Below are positions 49,757 to 59,820 of a DNA stretch of 64,000 nt, piece by piece. How positions within the stretch are numbered: the first letter of the stretch is position 1; every line of letters starts with the position of its first letter. Made by a program: the position numbers and the translations under genes. Below the pieces are notes generated by a model, which was not told where the DNA came from, did not search any database, and saw nothing but the letters and a program-made list of their open reading frames with translations. Source of the DNA: Ptychomitrium polyphyllum (lineage: Eukaryota). The stretch lies in the NCBI GenBank assembly GCA_973851085.1, contig OZ316776.1, positions 13,268,001 to 13,332,000 on the forward strand. Reading direction: 5' to 3'.

Positions 49757-49822
49757 GGAGAGGGAGGGCGAGGGAGGGAGGGAGGGAGGGAGGGAGGGAG
49801 GGAGGGAGGGAGGGAGGGAGGG
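49757..49822 (+). repeat. (GGGA)n microsatellite, G-quadruplex-forming
   Basis: About 13 uninterrupted GGGA units ending about 50 bp before the ATG at 49870. Confidence 0.9.
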
Positions 49823-49869
49823 ATCGATCGCGAGCTGGGTTTGTTGGGGCTTTCGCTTTTAGGGTTTCG

Positions 49870-50591
49870 ATGGGAGGAGTGTGTTCGGGTTGTTTTCGGG
49901 GGACGGGTAAGGAGGAGAACGCTAAGTTTGCTAGATACGAAGCTCCGCAGTTTGCCCAGCCTCAGCAGCAGCGCCCTCGGCCTCAGCCACAGCAGAAGGA
50001 GACCAGCGTAGCAGAGCGTGCTCAGTCCGAAGAAGCTAGATCAAACGCTGCCATTGCTGCTCAGAAACGGTAAGATTCTTCATAAGGATTTGGTGTTGTT
50101 TGATTAGGGTAATCCTGCATGAAATCTGGCTAGAAGAGGGAGGATGAGTACCGATAATCTCATTAGATTCGTGCTAATTTGTAAAGTATACTTGATACAC
50201 CTTTGAGGTAAAATTTTCATTTTGAAATTAGGTTGCTTTGGTTGAGAAAAAGAGAGGGAAAGGAAAGGGTGAGAGAAAGCAAGATTTGGGTTTTGGTACG
50301 AGAGACTGCTGCTCAATGAGAGGCCAAAGGTGGAGTAGTTGCTTTTACTTTGGAATCTATGTGGTGACCTGGTGCTGATCATTTTAGGTACTTCGCAAGA
50401 CTTGGTGTGGGATTTGATAGTTTTGCTTTAATCTAATCATCGTTGGCCGTTTGTGGCCAAACAGGTTGGAAGCATTTGAGAAATCGGCAGGAGGCAAAGC
50501 GGCGAAGAAAGCCATTACTGCAGCGAAGGCTCCGCCTCCCAGCAGGGATAACCGAGAGCATGTTGTTAAGGATTGGACCACGGGATCATAA
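49870..50591 (+). CDS. Small (~108 aa) N-acylated protein, SVIP-like; exons 49870-50069 and 50465-50591
   Basis: MGGVCSGCF (Gly2 plus Cys pair), EEARSNAAIAAQKR|LEAFEKSAGGKAAKK...VVKDWTTGS*. The RxxxAxAAxxR pattern resembles a VCP-interacting motif. GT-AG intron in phase 2. Confidence 0.75.
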
Positions 50592-51499
50592 TGGAGATGA
50601 TCACATCTAGAAGTTTATTTGTACCATAAGGTAGCAATAAGACTCTTTGTCTGAGCATTGCCATGTTGGTTTGTAAACGTTTCGGCAGGTTTCATGATTG
50701 CAGGATATGCAACCGAGTTCTAGGAAAAATCATGGCTGACAGCATGGTTGATCTTTGCTCTCCGCTGGAACCAGGCGAGTGTTCCAGCAAACATTCTGCT
50801 CTGTTTACTACATAGTTGGAGCGTACATACTTTACTGTAATGATAATAAAAAACCTTCTTGACAGAATTTGTTCCCAAGTGAAAACTTGATTTGGTCCTG
50901 CTCTGGTCGTTGTAATTGCAAATTCTTACGAGGCTGTGATTGTGTGCTTCGGTGATGTGCAACAAACCTAGAAAGTGCCGCTGGGAGCTGAAGCACGAAG
51001 CATGCTTGGTATCCTAAATACAAATTCCTGGCTGCATGTTATGTTCAGACGGGTTCAGTTCAATATTGGAACGCTACAGTTTGTGTGTGTTCACAATTGC
51101 CTCGGCTGCATCCAGTGGTTCAGTCCAGGACCAGCATGCCAGCAGCCGTCGTATCGAATTTTGGCACTGCACCGACAAGGACTGTGTTCAGCCCTTTGGG
51201 AGGCCTTGCAGAAAGACGGGATGCATGGCAAGTAGAGTGACGGAGTCTCAGACGAACTTCGTGCTGGAATGGGATGCATCCACTTCATTCACGTCCCACA
51301 ACGGAGGAGGATGCAGCTGCTTCCAAACCAGCTGAGACCGACCGCCATGTACGTCTATACGTGTGTGCAAATTGGGTTCAGGTGTGCTTGATTTCTACAT
51401 TGGTTTTGCTCGACGAGCGGCAGAACAATGTGCTCTGCAGACGACCATGCACAGACATCCGCAGTCGAGACAGTCCACCAGGGCAACATCACTCTCCTC

Positions 51500-52024
51500 G
51501 AGTGCCATGTCCGCAGCAGCGGAGTGTTGAGACCGTGCACCAACCGTGCGTACGATGACTTCGAAATGTATGTGGTGCCGGGATGGGGAGCTCACGCACA
51601 CACACACAGACACGCATGCGTGGAGGACTCGTAACGCTTGCTGATGGTTTCTGCCCTGGTGAAGTGGTTGCGGCTGCGGTGCAGGTGCGGAACCCAATCG
51701 ACGACGTGAAGCTGGAGATGCTCTCACACCCGCCCGCTGTGTTGGAGCAGGACATCGCGAAGCAGGTGGAGTACGTGATCCAGCGGAAGATCCTCCTGGT
51801 GGGCACGGCGTCGTGCAGCAGTAGCACCAGCCTCGGGTAGTACGATGGGCGGCAGTGGAGCATGTGGAAGCTGCGCGTTTTCGGGTGCAACGATGCGTGG
51901 GAGGTGGTTTGGGAGATCTAGGAGCGCAAGGCGGCGTGCGCGCAGTGCCCCGATGGCGTGATAGGCTTCGATAACATGAAAGCAGGTTCGGATCGTGGGA
52001 TTCTTGACGACCGTCCTCGCGAAA
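51500..52024 (+). pseudogene. rbcS: RuBisCO small subunit pseudogene, right arm of inverted repeat
   Basis: VRNPIDDVKLEMLSHPPAVLEQDIAKQVEYVI...[30 protein letters not shown]...VIGFDN matches rbcS (YYDGRYWTMWKLPMFGC). Stops at 51838-51840 and 51918-51920; PCxEF segment deleted; intron remnant GTGCGT...GTGCAG precedes it. Confidence 0.88.
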
Positions 52025-53051
52025 TGGATCTGCAAGATGGTTGGTTCCAAGAACTGGTTAGAAGTATTGGTCTTGGAGCTGTCTGATCTTGGAGCTTGGT
52101 TTTTTTCCTGGCAGGTCTTCAAGAGTTTTTGTTTGTTAGTGTAATATTTTACAAGTAGAGAAGTCGACACTGAGAGGGAGGTACCGGCGTTGATGTTAGT
52201 TAGCGTTTTGACTAAGGGGAGGATGGTGACCTTTTGAAGAGTTGGCACACGTCAGATTCTGACCATTGTTTTGACGTGTTTTACTATGAGTTTCGTCTTC
52301 GGCCTCTGGTGATTTGCTGAAAATATTGGGGCTATATCACTTGCAGTGAGATTGGCGTTTATTTTGGGGGTACAGTGTTATTTGTTGTCCATGTTAATTG
52401 AATTGCCGGATGTTATTTACTAGCATGTGATTTTGTCCTCATCACGTGTTCACCACTCTTTGATTGTTGATTCTGTTGTCCTCTGTAAATGAGCAATAAC
52501 CTGAATGTATGTACAATGCACAGAAAGTACTACAATATATTAGGGTAGACAGTTCTCCAATCTAGGAATTAAACGTATACAGCAGTGGAAGGCAAGGCAA
52601 AATCGCAAGATGTGATCTAGTGAGTATCAGGACACTTTTCAGCATGATCGGAAAGCAGAAGTGTCATTGTTGTTCTTGTCGCTTAGAAAAAACATTACTT
52701 TCCCAAATTGAACAGATAGGCATATATACTGCACCAAGCATTCGACAGATTTTCGCATAAGACGCGCAGCGTGAAAGTGAACAGATCATATATTCAAATG
52801 TTGCACACCACAACCATATTCATCTAAACAATATAGATTTATAACTGGCTAGCTACTCCAACAGGGAACATTTAAAAATATTAACACTGATTAGAATAAC
52901 GTGTAACACCTAGGATGCATCACCTGAGGTTTAATCTAGTACCATCGTCCTTTTTCTACAAGAATAACTCTTCAAAATTCATTGAAAATATACACTCGAG
53001 GAGATGCAATGATCGGCCAATTTACAATGCTGATATACATGCACTCAAGTT

Positions 53052-54749
53052 CTACTGGTTATACTTGCCTGTCACCTGGTCGATCACTACCTTTCCAATG
53101 GAAGGGATAACCTCACCGGCAGCCGCAATAGGATTGTCCGAGGTGCCGAACGCAGCCTTGTAGCTCGGCCGTTTTTCCAGTTCTTGGTAATAGCTCTTGA
53201 TATTGGGTCGAGAATCAAGGTACTCACTGTCAAACTTGAGTTGATAGATGCGGTACAGGACAGGAGTGAAGATCACGTCGGCCATGGAGTAAGCAGGTCC
53301 GGCGAGAAACTTGTTGGTTGCGAGCCTCGTGTTAGCCTCGTCTAAAAGCGCTACTAGTTGCTTGCGATTCTCGTCACAGACTGCCTCATTGCTTGGATTC
53401 TCAATTAGGTTTTTGGTCATCATGGAGATTTTTTCCTTGTAAAGGTCGGCCATGTCAGGATTCTTCTTCGCATTCGCCTCAGCTACTTTGTTCTTGTACT
53501 CTGTGCTCACTTTGAGGGCTAGACCGCCAGGCGTGTTGGCAGCTACGAAGAGGTTGCCGTCCCAGGCGTTCACTTTGTTAAGCCACTCGTCCACGAAGGC
53601 TCTGTCGACAGAGTCACCGCCGAGAGGCTCTCCCTGACGGTCTGCCCAGCGGATGATCTCGACTGACTGCGTGATCTTCTCGCTGCCCACGACGAGCGAC
53701 GGCGCTGAGGCTTGCGGGTTAATTTTCAGATACCACGGCTCCAAAGAATCGCCATTGAAGAGATCAATCTTCTCCTCATTGTACTGCAGTCCAAGAAAAG
53801 AACAGGTACGCACATGTAATTCAAGCATTCGAGCATTGATTAAAGTGTCCATTTCAAGAGATGTCAAAGTGGGACACTAAAAATGCAACTAACCTTAATG
53901 TTTTTCTCCTCCAAAGCCAACTTTCCTTTGGCAGGGTTGAATGCAAGCGGATAGTTGTAGAAGGTCACAAGCTTTGACGATGCATCAGAATCTGAATCAA
54001 TAGCTGTCAATGTGTGCTCCAAAGTCCTTTCAATTTAATCTTACATATGAACCAAAGATTTAAATTGCTAGTGCATAAACGTCTATAACTGAACCTACCA
54101 ACCGAGTACTTTCATAGCATGTTTTAAAAGTTAATAGAACTAACCGAGGTACAGTATAAAAGATATGAGAAGGAGCATACCATAATTCGAGGCAGGCTGT
54201 GCCGAAGCTGTGCCGAAACTGCCGGCCATAGCTGCCGTGCACAACAACCAAGACGCTGCGCAATTCTTCACCAATGTTCTTCTCTGAAGACTAAAGCGCT
54301 CTGCGAAGCACGAACGAGAGATAAGCCACAAGGCGTTGCATTCTATTGTAAGAGCTCCGAAAATATTTCATTGACAATGAAAAACAGAACGTTGAGCAGA
54401 GCTAAAGCATGCAAGAAACAGACAATTCAGTCCAAGCAATATCCAAAAATCCCCTCCATAGGTTCACAGGGAGGTGGTTCCATTGCTCACCTAATTCCTG
54501 TCCAGCAAAACTGCCACTCAACTCAATGTCGTTGGACACACGAACAACGCCCGAGCTCTTCTCCGCCAACTTCGACCCTGCGAACGCACTGCGGGACACG
54601 AACAACTTTCTGCCACCAACTCTCGACACTGGCAATACTCTCAATCCTCCCGTAAGCCCCGAGGTACGCCCAACCGACGCAGCAATGCAAGCGGAAGATA
54701 ATACGCTACCGGCAATGCCGAGAGTCCTTCCCATCACCATTTGCTCCAT
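53052..54749 (-). CDS. Glutathione S-transferase-fold protein (TCHQD/GDAP1-like) with long N-terminal targeting presequence; exons 54749-54491, 54300-54181, approx. 54003-53893, approx. 53783-53052
   Basis: TFYNYPLAFNPAKGKLALEEKNIK|YNEEKIDLFNGDSLEPWYLKINPQASAPSLV...ITQSVEIIRW; FLAGPAYSMADVIFTPVLYRI; RPSYKAAF. Phase-consistent GT-AG junctions. Confidence 0.88.
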
Positions 54750-55287
54750 TTCAATCTACCAAACAAAACAACAACAACAAATGTGCACCAAAACAATCCG
54801 CAAGAAGCTCTTTTCCAATCTTTCCCGTGCTTAATCGTCTTGGATTCTGTCTATACTATCAGTGAGCTGCACTCTGGTTCAGATTTATGGAGGATGTGAG
54901 CCTTGACATGCGATAACCATTGGTATTTCGGAGATGGGACACCACTTGGCCGCTGCTTTGCCCCACACGCGGCGTCGCCAGGTGCCGCCTTCTTCCAGCT
55001 GTGTTCGTTTTGCATGTACCACTTTAGGCTGCTTTTTGGCCAATAGGGACATTGCCTTTTCGATGGCAAACCGTAGTTTAGATTCATGGTCATGTCATTT
55101 GAATGCAAAAAATATGCAAGCTTCGGCAGGTGCACCAACTTGCAATTCAAGACAGAAAATTTTGAAGTATAGGAAAGGACTTTGCCATGATACATACAAC
55201 AGTCCATAAACAGGGACCAAAACTCAATGTTCCTAGGGAAGTTAAGCTTCACAAAATGATTCAAGAGCTAATTTCCAAAAGCTAATC

Positions 55288-56853
55288 TTAGGCCTTAAGA
55301 TCGGTAGCTTGAGCATGCTGAAAGTCAAGCTTTTTCTGAATGCGAAACAGTTCGGCAAGCACTTGTTGTGCAACGACCTCAGGTGAGTACTTGGCTACCA
55401 TATCCTGGCGAGCACGCTTAGCTTTGTGCTTGGCCTCCCGGGGATTTTCAACAACTCTCCTCATCAGCTTCATCAGGCGCGACTGAGATGGGTCTGCCCA
55501 ATAATGGCCCGAGGATTTCCCATCTATAACGATTCCTGACATGTCACTTGCATGCAAGGGATAACTGTTGTAGTCTGTCATATATTCCGTGCTTCCGGAC
55601 CAATGTGTTGCTATAACAGGCAACTCCATGGCCATGGCTTCCAGGATAGGACGACCCCATCCCTCTCCTCGGGATGGAAGTACGAAACAGTCAGCTGCTT
55701 TGTAAAGGCCAGGAAGAAGAGCTTGCGGAACTTCCTTGTCAATTAAATGAACCTCACCCCAGCCACTACTGGGCTCATGCAAATGCAAGGATAACATGAA
55801 CTCTCGGAGAACAAGAAGGAAATCATCTGCAGAATGAAACTTGGGATTTGTGACAATGTACAGCATCACATTATCATCGGCTGAGAATTCCTGTAAGAAA
55901 GCACTAAGAAGAACATCCCAACCTTTCGTATTCTCCCACTTGAAAATGCTGAGAAAACTAAATGACCGAGCAGAATGCTGGACGTTGACATACGGGTGGA
56001 AAACCCTAATCTTACTCTCTGGCGGGAACTCAAATGGCATCGTCTTGGCAGGGTCGAAGAAATGTGTATCAACAACTTGCACCACCTTCACGATTTTCGC
56101 AGGCTTCACTCCTGCTTGCTGAAATTTCTCCACGTGCCACTGAGTTGGTACCCAGACCTCGTCCATATTGTTGAATCTCTCCACATGGTTGGTGTTAATG
56201 CTGCTAGTCTCATGGATGGTGCGACCAATGACATACCTCGGCACAGAGTATCCAGTTGGCGGGCACGGCGCGGTTTGAAACAGTGGAGGATACCATGCAT
56301 CTGGCTCACTGTGGCAGACAATAACAGCGTCTTCCAATTTAGGGTCACCTGAGAGGAGAAACAACAAGGTCTTTCTGGTCTCTGGTGGTAAACCCTTCCA
56401 GAACTCAAAACTCTCCGCACCGCCGTGGTGGTTGACCCTCAGTTCCTTCACCATCATGGAGGAATTTAGGGCGTCGACAAATGCCAGCGCTTCGGAGCAG
56501 TAACCGCCACCGGACAGGACTGGAGCCATCCATAGCAAAGAATATCTGAACGTCTCTCTAAGTCCAAACAGATGTGCCACTCGATAGAAGCGGGCAGGGT
56601 CTCTATGATGAACATACTTCACCCCTGCACTCAAGGACAGGACGAAAAGGCACAACCACATCGACGGCCTCTTGCCGAGAGCAGAAGCCGGCGACTTCTC
56701 TAGACGATTCCAGCGTCGGCCCTCCGCCAGTACAGATCCTCCTCTAATCCGCGGCGACCTGGGTGACTTGGGTGAGCTTGTTGAAGCAGTGGAAGGAGGC
56801 CCACCGAAACCACCGTAGGAAATCCCCAGGCCCACATGATCCTCTCTGCGCAT
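55288..56853 (-). CDS. Intronless GT-B glycosyltransferase, family GT4 (Glycos_transf_1), with N-terminal membrane anchor
   Basis: WMAPVLSGGGYCSEA; IGRTIHET; FLSIFKWENTKGWDVLL; LYKAADCFVLPSRGEGWGRPILEAMAMELPVIATHWSG (EX7E motif). ATG at 56853. Confidence 0.9.
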   Translation of the reverse strand: MRREDHVGLGISYGGFGGPPSTASTSSPKSPRSPRIRGGSVLAEGRRWNRLEKSPASALGKRPSMWLCLFVLSLSAGVKYVHHRDPARFYRVAHLFGLRETFRYSLLWMAPVLSGGGYCSEALAFVDALNSSMMVKELRVNHHGGAESFEFWKGLPPETRKTLLFLLSGDPKLEDAVIVCHSEPDAWYPPLFQTAPCPPTGYSVPRYVIGRTIHETSSINTNHVERFNNMDEVWVPTQWHVEKFQQAGVKPAKIVKVVQVVDTHFFDPAKTMPFEFPPESKIRVFHPYVNVQHSARSFSFLSIFKWENTKGWDVLLSAFLQEFSADDNVMLYIVTNPKFHSADDFLLVLREFMLSLHLHEPSSGWGEVHLIDKEVPQALLPGLYKAADCFVLPSRGEGWGRPILEAMAMELPVIATHWSGSTEYMTDYNSYPLHASDMSGIVIDGKSSGHYWADPSQSRLMKLMRRVVENPREAKHKAKRARQDMVAKYSPEVVAQQVLAELFRIQKKLDFQHAQATDLKA

Positions 56854-57995
56854 TCTCAATGATCAGTCCGTCGAAAACATCTCACATGCTAATGGCGTTC
56901 CATCCACGATTCTTGTTTTGCGAGATTATACGCACCCAACAACCTTCAGCGACTCTCGCAAGCACCTGCAACATCGTTGACGAAACACGTCGGCGTAGCA
57001 CACGTAAGCCGAGGAACCTCCCAGGCCTGCTATTGCGAGGTCCTCAGTCCTTGCGTGAGACCTCGACAGCGTCCTCGCGACGTCATCCTCCATCCATAAG
57101 CCTGCAATCCACTTCACAGGTTGCCACGGCTCGTGACCTAATCAAATCCGCACATGCACCAGGTGAGTCCACCCGGCAACAAGATGACCGCTTGCCACTG
57201 TCGTGCCTTGGGCTCCACAAGCCCTAATTGGACTTCCCTGGGTAGGGGTGACTTCACCAAATGCAAGCTGCTTGGCTAAGGTTCTCCAACGGTATCTTCG
57301 TGTCACTTCAGGCAGGCCACAGAAATTAACTCAAAAGCAACGCTTTAACAAACTACTTCAAGGCGCCAGCATAGCCAACAGAAGACGCGTACCAGCACGG
57401 GGAACCAAATCCATATCATCGCCGGAGTGGAACCCGCGGCCAAGTCCCCCCGGTGACCCGTAACACACGCCCAAAGTACGGCACTCCGTGTCGGGATCGT
57501 GGCGACGATTCGATCCCAGCTCCAGGGTTTTCGCTGCATTACCGAACACGACGTACCCCCACAGCTCAAAGCCTCGAGTGTTGGTTTCGGTGTGTCCACG
57601 GTACCCCTTCCATGGACATGCCCCGTCATCGTTCACCGCGCACGGACCGACCATTGGACACTCGCACAACAGACGACACACAAATCCCTTCCCGGTTCAC
57701 CAACATGCGCTAGCATCACTGCACACACCATCCATTCCGCGATACAAGCTCTGTTCGAACCGAGCATGTCCGAACCTTCAAAACACGACATTGCGACCAG
57801 GCACACAGCAATCCAAACACTCACACGCCACGTCCCCACACAACAACACCGTGCCTCAAGTAGACGACATCAACGGTCATAAGAAGCGACGCTCCTTTCA
57901 ACTTTACTCGACCGCAACCTGGGCGAAGTACACTGGACACAGGGCACTCGAAGCTCATTCGAAACCATCAAAAACGTCTACTGTCACCCAACACC

Positions 57996-59749
57996 CTACT
58001 TCTTCTCTTCCTTCTCGGCAGCCTCCGCCTTCTTCTTCCGGACGCCCACCAGCCTCTCGTTCGTCCTCTCCTGCCGCAGCCTGTAGTACCCCTTCTCAGC
58101 CTTCATCTCATCGGTGATGGACACCAACTCCGCAGTCGGTCGGGGCTTCACGATTGGCAGGACTGCTCCGTTCAGCTGGGTCACGCTCGACAACTCCTCA
58201 GCGCTTGCGTCGCCGGCCTGAGGAACACACACCACATTTATCGCATTCAGACCATCCACAGCCATCACACCGACGGCCTATCGCGTCACACTTCGGCGAC
58301 TGCCGGGGATACTGACGCAGGCGGAGGAAGGCAACACAAAACACCCGGGACACTTGCTGCAATCCTGCGAGAAAACACCCACATGGCTTCCGGACTGAAC
58401 TCTCTAGACAGCCTGCGTGGATTGCTACTGCCACTACAACCCCACCACTCGCTGGAGAGGTCGTCCACCGAACGATCGAGACACGACGGGACCCACACAA
58501 CCGCGGGAAGATGCACAGGGAGAGGCGGACCACGTGGGACTCCAAAGGGTCTACACCAGGGACGACGCAAACCCAGCCCCACATGAAAGCGGTGACCGGA
58601 TCGCTGCAACAGACACCGACACAGCAAAGCAGCAATAGAAGCCACATCCAAGGGCCAACACCCGGAACTCTCTCGCACCTTCGTCTTCCGTGAGCGCCTG
58701 GGAAACACCACCAGCTTCGCCCTGTACGTGTTCAGCCGGTTCACATTCTCCTGGAGACTCTCCAGACACCTGTTCTTGCGCCGATGATCGACCGCAATGC
58801 CGATGGTCGGTGCAAGCTTCTTCGAAATGCCAGCGGCCTGACACACCACGAGTCCATTTCTCGTCAGAAACCACAGCGGACATGCACTCCACGAAACCCT
58901 AACATACACACCCGTACATGCACATGCACAAACACGACCCTCGCTGCTCATCATCACGCACAACCCGACGTCCTCTGACAGTGTCCGCAACCCAGCAAGC
59001 GGCACAATCGCACAAATGCAGGTCCTTCCATGGCGGCCTCAGCGCATAAAACCGTCAGCGCAGCGACACCGAGTGCCCTAAATCGTGAAACGTACTCCTC
59101 GCTCGCATCCCCGGGCCCCGGCATCCACAACAACCGACCTCCACGAACCCACAGTAGATTCACCCCTACGGACGCCACTACTGCTAGCTTCGCGGCTCGC
59201 GAATCGCACAAAGCCGCCCCTCCGATCCTCTCGAACGGCACGCACCGGATGGCGGACAAGAGAACATACCTTCAACTCCTCCAAAGTGAACCCACGTCCA
59301 GCACGGACCTTGGCGTTGTACCTCAGAGTCTGCGAGTGCACGACGGGTCGAAGAGGACCGGCGGTGGGCCGCGGGAACACAGCCACGGCCTTCTTCTGGC
59401 GCACTGCACGACCACTCCAACATCAATACATCTCCACTCTGTACCACCCATGCAAGGCCTCCCCTCTGCTCCAATCACACCCCTCTCACTGCAACTACGT
59501 GCTTTCCAAATCACAGCTTGCGGCAACCGCACATCCCCGTCCAATCCACAACCACCTCCGGGCTCGCTCGACTCCGGCGTTCCAACACCGGGCAAATGCA
59601 GCCAAGCAAACCAAGACAACCCTTCCAACAAGATCCGTACCCGTTCTTCTTCTCTTCTTGCGGGCGGGCTGGTTGAACCACGTTCTCACATAGCTCTGCC
59701 AGTCCTTCTTGAAGTGGCCATTCGGGATAACGTTGTTGTGCTTCACCAT
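57996..59749 (-). CDS. RPL13: 60S ribosomal protein L13 (eL13), 4 coding exons
   Basis: [83 protein letters not shown]. Confidence 0.97.
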
Positions 59750-59803
59750 GGCTCCAGCCCTGAAAGACACACCATCGTCAGCCTCGTTGCCTCCCAAGCC
59801 CCC

Positions 59804-59820
59804 AAACCCTAAAACCCTAA
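59804..59820. promoter_or_regulatory. Tandem telo-boxes (AAACCCTA x2) just 5' of the RPL13 ATG, probably in a 5'UTR intron
   Basis: AAACCCTAAAACCCTAA; a further TAGGGTT near 59974. Telo-boxes are typical of plant ribosomal-protein genes. Confidence 0.65.

Noticed and set aside
48220..52024. Inverted repeat interpreted as a TIR or Pack transposon
   Set aside because: No target-site duplication at the outer ends, arms are rbcS-derived, no transposase.
58860..58960. Possible C/D snoRNA in an RPL13 intron (GTGATGA...CTGA on the minus strand)
   Set aside because: The CTGAC is positioned as the branch point; no terminal stem or recognisable rRNA guide seen.
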